Positions 50,435 through 62,990 of a stretch of 64,000 bases of DNA are shown here, in pieces. Position 1 is the stretch's first letter; each line of letters begins with the position of its first letter. Origin of the DNA: Octopus sinensis (taxonomy: Eukaryota); NCBI RefSeq assembly GCF_006345805.1, contig NW_021835990.1, forward strand, positions 62,001 to 126,000. Reading direction: 5' to 3'. Made by a program: the position numbers and the translations under genes. The notes under the pieces were generated by a model. It was not told where the DNA came from, made no database searches, and worked only from the letters and a program-made list of their open reading frames with translations.

Positions 50435-50769
50435 TCGACTTGATTTGGAAACTGGAAAGATTAACTCATATCAGTGACATGTCAAAGCATAGCAATACCA
50501 ACCTCCGAGTTGTTCTGAAACGACATTTCGTGCCACAACTTGACGGCAATGACTTACTTATAAGTCGACAGGAGCTGACCGAGATTTTGACACTCCAACA
50601 AATGTTAATATCTTTGATCACTTATTGGTTTGACAGGGATTATCATTAATCAACATTGCACGGCCAGGCTAACATCACACACATCCACAAAACGAAGGCG
50701 GGTTAGTGAGATAATAAAAAAATTATATTATATAAATTTTGTTTAATTAAATAAATACAATATAAAAAT

Positions 50770-51319
50770 GGAAATAATATTTTGTTATATTTTGTGGTCG
50801 TTTTCTATCAATTTACGTTACTCACAATGAAATATGAACAAACAACAAAAAATTGAAAAAATTTTAGAAAATATTATTAATTTCAGTTACTCAAAATATC
50901 CAAAAGTTATCATTCATAAACTACTTTTAAAAGGCATATCATCTCATCAAACAACAAATGATAAAATCACAAATATATGTCATTTAAATATTTTTTACTA
51001 ATTAGGATATCATAACTGAAAATCTCCGAGAAAAGTCAACTCAAATTGAAAAGAATTGCTATGATAATTATGATGATGAAGGTTATTGATTAAAATAATT
51101 CAAAGCTCAAAATTCCTCTGAAAGTAAATATAAAAAATTCTGAAAAAATCCAAAAAAGATGTCTCTAAAAGAAGGAAATGGACCATTGAAGAAGAAATAT
51201 GTTTTTATCGATGTGTGATGGAGATTGGTTGTGGAAAATGGAGCGAGATAAGGGATTTGGGTTATTTTCCTGGGAGAACATCCGTCATGCTTAAGGATAA
51301 GTGGAGGTACATGATCTAA
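50770..51319 (+). CDS. Small TRF-like telobox Myb protein
   Basis: KRRKWTIEEE..GCGKWSEI..FPGRTSVMLKDKWRYMI* is a C-terminal telobox (LKDKWR). Upstream exons joined by short introns; start uncertain. Confidence 0.85.
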
Positions 51320-51377
51320 CAAGATAATAAAATTCAAAATATAAAAAAATGTCCAAAAAATCAAAAAAATGATTTCT

Positions 51378-51880
51378 TTATATTTTTGACAGGTCGCTGT
51401 CCTCAGTAGTGGAAATACCGTCCATACTTGAATCCAAATAACAAGTTCTCTTATTCTTTGAAGTTTTGACACTTTTTAAACATCCTGACAAAAATTTCCG
51501 TTTGAAATTTACGTCGATTTTGAACTTTATTGGATATTTATCATTAACACCACGTTTCTGTAAATTAGAACTCGTAAAATCAATGTAGTGTATTGGAATA
51601 AATTCCGATGACTCATTAAAGTAGTTTTCACCGCCCAAAATCTCACATTTTCCTATTTCAAACTGAAAAATGTTGTCCAAGTTAGATTCTGTGACGACAC
51701 TTGCTTCAAAAACTCCAATTTTGTGTAAAATTCGCAGTCTTTCGAGTTCAATTTCTTCATTTGAGAAGTTTCTATCACGTATTTTCCATCTCAACGAACA
51801 AATGAATCACGCGTATTTAAATTAGGCCTCAATGGGAGCACATCACGAGCTCGTTTAAAAGGGTTTCTTTTCATCACATG
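51378..51880 (-). CDS. Hypothetical protein convergent with the TRF-like gene
   Basis: 138-codon open frame with no family recognised. Confidence 0.3.
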
Positions 51881-52249
51881 AGAAGAGAAATAAATATTGT
51901 GAAAATTTGACATAAAACGGTTATTAACGCTGTTTCTCATTAAATGTCGCAATAATAAATCAATAATAATTATTTTAAAAGATGTATCATCATAATGATA
52001 ATTTAATATTAATCTTCAAACTACTTTGAATTATCTTAAGCACAGGGTCAATCAATTTGTCGGCTATTTAAAGATCAAAGCAATTTATCTTGTACTTTTT
52101 TTAATCAAAGAATCTGTTATTTAGTATTTAATTAGATCCCAGAATCTGTTATTTAGAACAGATCCCAGAATACGAGCCAAATATGAGCCAATATTTAAAG
52201 TATTTTATTCTATTTGGTTATATTTATATAGAAAGCCTGTTTTGACTTA

Positions 52250-55200
52250 CAGGATGTAGAAAATAGACTTAAGTCCTTAATGGAGGACTCCACTGGGCTT
52301 GATGAAGGTCTTAAATCCAAGGCAGTGGAACTGGAAAGAGCAGTTTTTGAAGCAAAGTCCTTCTTTGAAGAGCAGCTTAAACAAAATAAGGTTTTGGAAG
52401 AGAACGAGCACAAAACAAAATCAAAAATCGACGAATTATTCTATCAAGTGACACATTTTGATGAAAAATTACAAATTTATGAAATTATTGAACACGGAGA
52501 CGTGAAAGGGGCCATTTCTGAGTTGAAAGTATTTAATTTGTGTATTTTTTAGACATTAAAAACTGATTTAATTCAAATTAGATTTGATTTTTTTGATAAA
52601 ATTGAATTGTCAGTAGAAATGGCAGATTCTTTGGAAAACTTAAAAAATCAAATTCAGAAAATTAAAGTAAAAAACGACAAAATTTGCAAAAATTTGGAAA
52701 TTTGGAACTGTTTTAGCAGTTTTTGTGAGCAAATTGAGGTCAAATTCTGCCAATTTTAAAAATAGATTTCGATTTGTCGTTGGGAACAAACAGAATTTTT
52801 GGAAGAATCAGACTTTGATGGAGCAAGGAGACAAATTGAGGAATTTGGACGTCAGATTAACTCTTGGGAGGACTCTTGCAGTTCCTGTGACATTGAGCAA
52901 ATTTTAATTCCGTTAACGATCACAAAAAACGGAGAGAAAATTACATTTAAAGTAATTCCCAACACTAAAATCAAATTAGTCCCAATTTTTACAACTAAAA
53001 ACAAAAATGACTAAATTTTACGACAAAATTGAAGCTCAGGAAAACAAACTTCGAGCAAATAAAATTCTAAAAAACCAATTTGATGCAAAAACTGGCGAAT
53101 TGAAAACTTGGCTGGCATCTTGTCAAAGGAAAGTTAATCGACAAGACCGGTTGGCTGTGACTTGAATCACCTGAAAGAGCCGTGTGAAAATTGTCAAGTT
53201 AAATAAAATTGTTTAACAATTCAAAGGGTATTTTGAATGAAATTGATGCGAATAAAAACGAATTTTCACTCGTTATATCACTTTCAGAACAAATGTTAGA
53301 CACTGATCCAAATAATTTAGCAATCAAATCTTTTTGCACATTTTTTGGAGAACATCTGGCGGATCTTGAAGCTGAGACGACAAATCAGTCAAAGGACTTG
53401 CAGGATTTGTTTGAAAATGGCCGGGAATGTCAGAACATGTATCAAATCTGCCTAGAAATGCTAAACCACTAGATGACGATATTCTTATGAGGAACGTGGA
53501 AGAATTGGAAATGGAAAAATTCAAAACTAATTATTCTGTGAATTAATTTATTCATTTTAAGAAAATAAATCAAGAAATTGGACAACTTGACAAGTCAATG
53601 ATTGGACTAAAACAATCCGTGGATGTTTTCCGATCAAAATTACGCAATTTCAGAGTTTTTGAGGAACCCTTTAAAGCTGTGATTGATTTAGAAAAGTCTA
53701 AAATAAAGAAAGAACACGTTGAAATTGTTTTAATAATAAATTTCTTAGAACTGATGGTAGACGACCCGAATAGTTCAGAGGCAGCTCGGAATCTAGAAGT
53801 GGTTGATTATTAATTTGATCTTATAAACAGGACATTGAACGACATTTTACGGAAGGGGAATTAACCATAGAAAAGATTCTTACGCTGACTGATCAATTTG
53901 GACAAAATAAACAAAGAATTGTAGAAAAACATAAAAATGGGAATTTTTGAGAGAAAAGTTCAAAACGGACAAAAAACGTTCAAACAAAATTGAAGAAGCA
54001 TATCAACTTATTGCACAATTTTCCGATGAATTAGATCAAAGCAAATCAAAAATTGAACAATAGCAAGCAAAGACAAAAAATATTTCTCACAAACCACTTT
54101 CTTGTCTTCCCGAAGTGATTTCAAGCTCACAAGTTTGTTAATTACACTAAAATCAAAGCAAATCAAGAGATCCCTTGAGAGACTACATCCTTTGTTGATA
54201 GAAATACAAAATTTAGGATCATTTCCTTTAAATAATAAAATAAGTCAACTTGTATCGGAATATGAGGAAATGAAACAGAAGAACCAAGTCAGTTCACGTT
54301 TTCTCAGGTCATATTCTCCGATGCAAAGCGAATAAACCAAATCATCAACTTAGTCAATGAACCAAACTATCCAATACAAAACAAAATCTAAAAAAGACCG
54401 CTTTCGAGATTGAACATCTAAAAAAACAGTCTCCAGTGAGTAGACAAGATTTCATCAATTCTGAGAAAATAATCAACGTTTTTCTATTAAAACGAATAAA
54501 TCAAATTTAGAAAGTGACAGAGGCATTGAGTGAATGTAAAATAAGTTTGGAACAGTTCAATATGGACTATTACGATGTTCTCTCTAAGGAAGGGACTGTC
54601 GATTGTGCTAACTTTTTAAAAAACTCATTTGAGGATAGCCAAAGAGAAATGGCTCAACAAAAATCAGAATTGGACGGATATAGAAAATATTTGGGTGATA
54701 TAATAGCATATGACTGGTTTATAGACGAAATATCTAAAGTTATCGACCAAAATGAAGCCAGGAAGAAAGATTTGAAGGAATGGATCGAAAGATCGGAATT
54801 TTTTATTAAAAATTTACCACCAAAACTCACCTTTGATCAAATCAAGGAACTGAGGGTCTATTTGACTGTAAACATTGTCAGAAAATACGATCGGATATTC
54901 CAAGTTATTCGGTTACCATTACCCAACTGTTGGGAAGGGATGACTCCGAACTGGCCAGTATTCGGAATAGATTAAACGAAATTGAAGCAATGTGTAATTT
55001 AGTCATTTTGATAGAATGTAAATGTGTATTAGAAGAGAGATTTTGGGGATAAAGGTAACTGTGATCTTCTCGTGGAAGCAAATCAGTTCCTTCAGTGGAT
55101 ATCTGAAATGTGGAGAGAAATCGAGGCTGTAAATGACACTACACAGAACCTCCAAAAGACCAAAGAAAATCTCAAATCCATAAACGTGTGTTAACAGTGT

Positions 55201-55930
55201 CTAAGCCAATAGGAGCTGATAAAAAGAATAGAACGAGGAAATTCAGATCTTGATGAGATTGTAAGAAAAAGCAGTCCCAATGAAGAATTTGAACTTAGAA
55301 CCGACACTGGAAAACTAACGTCGGAGTATAATTCCCTTCTCCAATCAGCCACTGAAATACACGATAAATTAGAAAAATTTGTTAATGAGACGACGAAAAC
55401 TAATTTGGCTGATAAATATCTATGGGAAGAGATCGAGAGATTGATTAGTCAGACAGAACAATTTATTCGAGACGACGACCGAGTCGAATTGGCTGATATA
55501 ACATCCAGAGCTAATGAAATTTCGGTTTTATGATATTGTGGCTCAAATTGTAAGAATTGCTTCACAAATGCATGTGAATTGGCTCAAAAAGTCGATTCCG
55601 TATTTCAGCCAAGTTTGGGGCAGATGGACGTGATTGTGGACAAGGCACAAGTCTACATGGGGAAATTGAGAGACCAAATTGTTAAATTGAGGGTTAGGTC
55701 CTTCAAAGAGTTATTTAAAAGACGTTGAAGGAATATTGGGATACCGTTCAAAAAACATGCAAAATATATTTTGACAAGAAAAATCAGTTTATTGCCGAAA
55801 AAAGAAAATTTGAAAAAATTATAAAATTCCCGCCTTCTGCAAAAACAGGGGAATTGATAAACGAAACAAATTTCAGAGAACTATGTTACGTAATATCAAT
55901 TTATATGAATTTGACAGGAAATGAGTGAAA
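52250..55930 (+). CDS. Spectrin-repeat / long helical protein (nesprin-, dystrophin- or plakin-like), multi-exon
   Basis: Successive helical E/K/L-rich ORFs with periodic Trp motifs (ELKTWL, DLKEWIE, FLQWISE), separated by short GT..AG introns. Some in-frame stops are unresolved. Confidence 0.55.
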
Positions 55931-57083
55931 GTAAAAATTCAGCAGACAACTACTTTTCCATTTTCACGAAATCTTATGAAAATGCAGAACAAACAATAAA
56001 AGGAAACTTACTCAAACAGTCAATCACACAGGATTATGACCTGGAAGAGTAGGGATATAAAGAGCGTATGAATAACATAAAAGTGGTGTGGTGTGGTTAT
56101 TGTGTGAATGAAGTTTGTGAAAGTGTGTGATGATGACTGTTCGGAGGTGATTGAACTGCCATTGGAAAAGTGTGGAAACTTGTTGGTGGGGACTTTAAGA
56201 ATCTGCGACTTTATACGATAAGAAAATTTAAATTTGACTACAGTGGGTCATGTATTTGACTGATTAGTGGACGGGTATCTAAAACCAAAACTATTTTAGA
56301 TTATGTGTTATCCTGAGCTGATTTGTTCGCTTTTTATCAAGAGTGATCTCGTTCGGACTGTTTAGATGATCGATAGGGTCACTTTTATGATGAGAACGTG
56401 TATTATTTTTTTAAAAAAGTCGTGTTAACATTTTTGGGCCTCTTAAATTACAGTCAAACCTCTCTAATTTATCACCTCTATGATGTGCCACTATTTTTTC
56501 ACCAAAAAAATTGAAATTCTTTTTTCTCTTATGTTTTTCTATTTTTTTACTATTTTTCTAATTTTTACAGCTTGTTTCAGCTTATTAAAATTTTTTATTA
56601 ATGTTTATTAATTAATTTAGCTAAATGCTTAATTAATTGGTTAAAAATTAATCACGTCCTCTTGTCTGTTCTTGTGGTGAATCGTTATGTTTTTATATGT
56701 AAGTTTATCAAAATACAGGTTATTTCCATTAAAAAACTATGTCGCTGGTAATTAACAGTCGCTCTAAATTTAACAGAAAAATTCGGTATTATTGAATACT
56801 GCAAAAAAACAAACATGTAAAATATACTTTTTCTCTAAATGAAAATTTGAGTTCTATACCACGAAATCTGAATTTCAAAACTATTGTCTCTAAGTTAAAG
56901 GAATGCGTCGCTTTATTTAGTCGTTCATTGATCGCATGCTTAGGCAAGAGTTTGCTCTCCAGTATTTGCTCCAGTGTTTTTTTGATTACGACATGAATTT
57001 GCGCTAAATTAAGATTCTTTGACAATTTATTAAGTTTAGGGCTGGCTATCCATAAATTTTAATTTTAACATTTATTATTTTTT

Positions 57084-58339
57084 TCAAACTACTTTATTAC
57101 CCCAACAAAGGAGATTAATTAAAAATAAAATTAACTTAATCAAAGGAGCTGTCCCCTTCCGAAGTCTGGAGACCAGTCTCTTCTGCTTCTGGTCGAAAGA
57201 ACACCTCGAGAAAGTGTTTTCCAACCGATCCTGCTGCCTATAAAACATTAAGGGATGGATCTGCGTGTAATATACTTTCTGGAGTCCTCTTGGGGACAAT
57301 GGACTGCATATAGGGCTGGCCGTAATTTTATATCAAATATCCATTTGAATATTCTATAGTTCAAGTTCTCGATTTATTTTCGGTATTATTTCAGGAATCA
57401 ATAACTAACAGAGGTCAGACGATGAATAATCAACGTAAATTATTTTCCCAGTAAGAAGCCCAAAGGTGTCTTAGAGCCCTCGTCCACAAAAATTCAAAAA
57501 AGATTCAAAGCCGATTAATTTATTATTTATTAACTCCAAGATCACAGAGAAAGATAGATCAGAACTAACTTCTATCAGTAGTAAAGAGGGTAAATTGAGA
57601 TTTAGATGCAGACACACACAACATGTTTGCAGATAGCCAATCACATACACGGTTGAGGTGTGACTGGACCATTGCGACAGCCACAGAAGGAGATTTATCC
57701 CTTGCAGCGATAATCAGGTCGTCCGCATAGAATAAGAACATAATTTCCGGGTCATTAGTAATGGGTAGGTCATGTAAAAATAGGTTAAAAAGGAGGGGAG
57801 ATAAAGGGGAGCCTTGTGGGACACCATTGGGCAGTAGTATTGATCTTGAAGTAGTATTGTCAATACGGACCCTTCCGCGTCGGCCAGTTAAGAAATTTTC
57901 CAACCACAGTTTGATTTTCGGATGTAAGTTCGAATCGAATATCTTCCGCCTTAGGAGTTTCCTCGGGACAGAATCAAAAGCCTTTTGTATATCGATGGAT
58001 ACTAAGGCCGTCCGTAGGTGTGTTCCCATGTTGAAACCGTCAGTAATAAACTGGGAGACAGAACATAAATGGGTCGTTGTAAAACGGAATGGTCTAAAAC
58101 CGTGCTGGAATTCTGGCAGTTGTAGAAAAGGACAGCTTTTCCAGTACTTTCGATAAGATACAAGTTATTGAGATCGGGCGGTATGAAGAGGGGACATCCT
58201 TTGGTTTCCCAGGCTTTAGAATTGGCGTAATTAGGGAGTTTTTCCATATATTAGGGATAATCGGGAATGACAATGTGGAGAATATTTGCATGGACAAATT
58301 CGATCGAATGCTGGATATTAATTTGCGGTTTGATTGCAC
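57084..58339 (-). mobile_element. Jockey/I-like LINE RT fragment
   Basis: WKNSLITPILKPGK..SYRPIS, DIQKAFDSV, GVPQGSPLSPLLFNLF, YADD. Confidence 0.92.
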
Positions 58340-58374
58340 ACACTAATAAAGTGCCCCACTCTACTTAATCAAGT

Positions 58375-58860
58375 TGGCCACTCCTGGCTGAGACTGAAGG
58401 GAGTATTGTCAATGTGTCCAGCATAACTGGCACTCGAGCTGTAAGTCCTCTCCCTACTCTCCAGTTCCCCAATGTCCTCTCCTACTGCATCTCCAAAAGT
58501 GCTCTTGACCAACTCACCAAGTGTGCTTCCCTCGGTAGATTCCCCACTCACTCCATAGAGTTGGGTCCCCGCCAAATCAGGGTTAACTCAGTCAAGTCGG
58601 TCATTACTCTTTAGTCCGGGGATCATCCTCACACAACTCCACAGGTCTTCGGGCATTGAGGAGGAGGCCTACCAGCAAGTACAACCTCAGTCATATTCAC
58701 AGTTCCTCGAACGTGGGAGACAAGTCCACCCTCTTCGTAGAAACGGACTGCCCGAGGAAGTAGCAGAGGCAGTTCTCTTCTTGACCGACAAAAACAAGAG
58801 CGGGTTCATCACCGGAGAATTGCTGCATGTGGATGGGGGTAAATTAAATAATGTGGCACT
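58375..58860 (+). CDS. Classical short-chain dehydrogenase/reductase (FabG-like), 3' half; 5' replaced by the LINE
   Basis: GSIVNVSS, YCISK (YxxxK), IRVNSVNPG, HPL.R.G.PEEVA..V.FL and FITG....VDGG. Introns of 24, 24, 19 and 24 nt. The 3' end is approximate. Confidence 0.88.
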
Positions 58861-58936
58861 TAATCATAATAAAGTAAAATATTTTTTTCAAAATGGATTT
58901 TATTTTGCAATGGTGCAAGTCCATAATATGGTTTAG

Positions 58937-61312
58937 TTAATCTGGAGGATCACATTTCTCGTCAAACGAAAACGAGGAGGTGCCAGTATTAAAAAAACAG
59001 AGACATTCACACCCATAGACCGGACAGACACTAAAACGTCTCTCGATAGAAAATTCAAAGTACCGAAACCAGTCTACGAGATGTTGACTATGTCCCCCAT
59101 GGTGACAGTGTAAACAGAATGCGAACCACTTGCCAACACGAGTGGCCTTATCCCCGCTGTCCAAAGAGTACACGTTGACTATCCTCCTGCATACTGAACA
59201 ATGTGGCTGAGGGTTGACACAATACTGGCATGCCCCTGCCTACAATATATCGAGACTCCTTCCTTGTTTACACGAGCCTGTGGGTAGATTCGCTTCACGT
59301 CCTCTTGGTTCGCTTCCAGGTCGATTTTAAACTTACGGAATGAAAGACTCCGGTGACATAATATGCACAGCAAATCCACTCTCCTGTGACAAACTCTCAT
59401 TCCTCGGGACTCCAAAAATCGATCAAACTTAATCCTTCAATATTCAGACATTCACCACCTCAGCTCCCACCAACGCAGGGAATTTAATAAGCTTCTGTAT
59501 TTTTTAATGTTTTCTTCGAAGAATCGGTTTTTCTGGAAGTCTACCCCCACTGAAAGGGCCATCGAGAGACTCGTTTGGTAATCCCCCGTCATTTCCGTGT
59601 AATTCTTTAACAGCTCAGGTACTCGATCAGCCATTCCTGCCAAGAACAGACCAGTCAGGTCAGCCTTGTCCACACAAACTTGCACGATTCTCTCTAAACA
59701 AGGTTCCAACTGAGAGATCATTCTATTCTAAATAACCTGTTCGTCCTGAAATTGGCCAGTCAACAACATGATTCGGTCCTCAACTTTGAGACCAGATTCC
59801 ATCGTGATCGTCTCAATTGACGATTCCATTTCGCGAGAAGACGTCCTGCAGTTTACTCTCGCTTGATTGTAGCATATTGAGAGCAACTGTTTCTTGTTCA
59901 ATCCTTCTTTTTTAGACATCATTTTGAGGGTGAGTACTGAAAAATAAACTCAGAGGAATACAGCAGTCCAACTGTCTCCAACCTTCACAAAGACATGTCC
60001 CTTCCTCCAACTCTTTGGGGGACTATCATGTGAGTAATCCACCACCAAACTGATAATATTCCATAATCTTCCCTTATTTTAGATTCTTTTCTTTTCTGAT
60101 AAATTGATGTTGATGATATGTCTTCCCGATAATCATGAGAATAGTCCAAATAGTTGTGAAAATTGAAGGAACAGTCCAAGTCTGCCACCTCCTTTCCAAC
60201 TCCGTAAACGAAAGTATCAGCTAATCCTGAGAACAAAGCAAAGTCTCGAATCTTTCTCTCTGACTTCATGACCATAGTGCCCTCATGACCTCCAATCTTC
60301 CTCTCGACTGATCTTCTTTCATATATCATATTTTCCGTGACAACGACGGAGACTCCATGTTTCACTGGAGACCAGTGGACGGATACAAGTTTTGGATAAT
60401 CAGCTTGTTCTATCTACCAGCATATCATCACAAATTAACTGGAGTCCTCGAATTTCTCAAATCCCACCAAAAAATGGCATTTTCTTTGGTAGAAATAAAC
60501 AAGTGATCAACTTGGGGACAGACTGAGAGGGATTTTGTTCGAGGAGAACTTGCCAGGTGAACACCAGACTGTCCTGAAAATATCGAGAAAGGGTACCTCT
60601 TATGTCGAGTATTTTAATATTCAAAGGGTTACTGAATATGACAACTCTACTGTCATTGTGGCAAGAGAAGCAGTCAATCATGGCTGAGGACTCTACACGT
60701 AACAGATGTGGTTATCCACGGAGTTGGTAGATCGGACTGAGATTAGAACAGGTTCGATCAAAGTGCCAAACAGAGAGGACAGATGAGGAAAATGAGTTGT
60801 GACAGTCGGATACGCCGATCAGCTATGAAATATAAAAATATATTTATACTGAGGGAGACTGGTATTCTCTATTCCACCCAAATAGTCTAGTTTTGGGAGG
60901 GTTGTTGGCTGCAGTTTAGAGGAAAGTATACCATAACAGAGGGGTGACCGAGTCTCTTGGTCGTACGACAGACTAAGAGTTATATAATTGGAGAATAAAC
61001 TTAACAAACATGTCAGTGTCATTGTGGCTGGAATATGCTATCAGATCTTGGAATTGTCCCAATTTGAACCATGCAATGGACTTAATAAATAATCACGTGT
61101 TACCAATGTTCCTCCCTGGTGTTTGAATGTACGTACAAGACGGGAATATTTGTGGGCAGGTTCATCACCGACTGTAGGCTAATTGGGAGGACTATACATG
61201 TTCCGTTGATAAGGGGGCAGTACTCGGGGGAATACTTGTATATCAACAAACTTTTTTCGCATTTGAGGGCAAACTTTCTTGGACTATTCAGTGGCCATTC
61301 AAGCCTATTCAT
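58937..61312 (-). CDS. MIOS: GATOR2 subunit MIOS, multi-exon
   Basis: N-terminal LEWPLNSPRKFAL..LLIY, DLTGLFLAG..LLKNYTEMTGDYQT, KYRSLLNSLRWW, and C-terminal WFAFCLHCHHGGHSQHL.DWF..CPVYGCECLC. Confidence 0.92.
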
Positions 61313-61489
61313 GCACCACTAAAACCCAAAATAATTGTTTTTTGAAGAAATTAATTAATATATTATTAATATAAATCGATATTTGATAAATCGATAACAA
61401 AAAATATCCAAGACATTTTAGGTTTTTTGTTATCTAATATATGTCATTCTTAAGATTGTTTTGCTTGTGTTATAAAATTAACAATCTAT

Positions 61490-61753
61490 CTCTGTATAAA
61501 CATTACGATGCTACTCCGTTGTCTCAAGAAATCGTTGGAGGCCGGCGGAAATTATTTGGCCATATTTTGCGAATGGACCGCAGAGCTCCGGCCAATGGAC
61601 GATTATTTCTCCAAACATGGAGACAAATATCGTGGAAGACCTAGATCCACTCTTCCGGCAGTTCTGGAAAGGGATCTCAGACTTCATGGCAAAAGTTTCA
61701 AAAACTGGGACGACCTAGAATCTTTGCGGGATCTTATGTCATTCTTAACTTGA
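61490..61753 (+). mobile_element. RTE 3' remnant
   Basis: LFGHILRMDRRAPAN..RGRPRSTLPAVLERDL, homologous to 9579-9750. Confidence 0.8.
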
Positions 61754-61929
61754 AAAAGTCATTCTTAACTAGCAAGCGACCGGAGGGAGACGAGCTGGCT
61801 TTTTCAAGTCTCGGTCGCTATACTCCGCAGAAACCATCCAATATGCAGCGGGGCGTAGTTGAGTCGAACTATCCGTTCAGCTAGTTACCCTAGCAGCTAG
61901 GGTTTCTTTTGTATAACATTAATATCATT

Positions 61930-62420
61930 TTTATTTTACCAGTTTTGAAAGGCGAATAAACTTTGATGCCCATAATTCCTTACATGTCAAGTTCAATAGC
62001 TGCATTTCGAACTCAGCTGCGTTAATTTCAAATGGCAATAAATTTAAAGTGCTGACTTTAGCACATAGAGGGTTTATAACGAACGATAGAGTTGCCTTTT
62101 CTTTTTTAAAATCCTTAAACCTTTTTATATTTAAACATTCATTTTTAACCTGTCATTGAAAGATTCCTTCATATACAAAAGAGCATTTTTAAAATAAGTT
62201 CTATTTATAATTCAATAATTTTCTTCCAAATATTGGCGTAATTTAGGAAAATGTAAAATATTTTGTTCTATATCCTCTTCAAACAGAATTAATTTTTTTC
62301 AAATAATATCACTTCCTCATACATGAAAATGCAATTCTCCTTTTAATTAAAGGTATAAATCCCTTTCTCGATCCCAGCATGCTTGCAGCACGTAAAATAT
62401 GAGCACTGCTGCTACTAATA
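61930..62420 (-). mobile_element. Second hAT remnant
   Basis: Reverse-complement similarity to 47150-47420 (e.g. GGCAACTCTATCGTTCGTTATAAACCCTCTATGTGCTAAAGTCAGC). Confidence 0.75.
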
Positions 62421-62721
62421 ATGTAAACGTGAGGTTTCAATTTATTATGGACAAATAAGTTTAGTTCTCGATTATAGTATTAAAGACCCATGAGTTTCAT
62501 AGCATGTCAATCGTCAGCAACAGATTTCCAAAGAGGAAAATCTGAAGGCCAGATAATAATCAGCAATCAGTGCAAGGATGACAAACATCATTCGATTATT
62601 AAATTAACCCAAGCCATAATATAAAATGACTTATATACTAATTATTAACATATATGTGGTGTACACAACGAAGTAACACTAGATTTATTTATTTTTTTTT
62701 ATTTATTTTTTTATTTATTTA

Positions 62722-62990
62722 TTTAAAGACCAAACACGGGCAAAGCCAGTTAATTATAGTTATTCCCGTGATTGCCGATCCAAACGAGGGAGATCCTTCT
62801 GAAAGGTTCAATCCTTCCCGCAAGATCGGCCTGAGACGACGATGTCCCAGGGTCTGAGAAGCTAAGAGTCCTTTTTCGGTAGGCATTAAGTGCCTCCTGA
62901 GCGTTGCCATATCCGGAAGAATTTCCAACTGACATGGTGGACCCCGTAACGCCACGCTAAGCCCGGAAGGTAAGAGGTTTAATAACATTG
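62722..62990 (+). repeat. Dispersed structured repeat, copy B
   Basis: Shares conserved blocks with 9245-9392 (minus strand) and extends further 3'. Confidence 0.75.

Noticed and set aside
52250-55930. Stop-codon reassignment suggested by in-frame TAG/TGA
   Set aside because: At least one such TAG is the acceptor of a 27-nt intron. Intact genes end in standard TAA/TGA. The remainder fit mutation or assembly error.
62722-62990. U3 snoRNA, RNase P RNA, 5S rRNA or spliced-leader RNA
   Set aside because: Only isolated short matches (CTCCTGAGCGT, GGTCTGAGA, GAAGCTAAG, GGTTTAAT). The required companion boxes and helices are missing.
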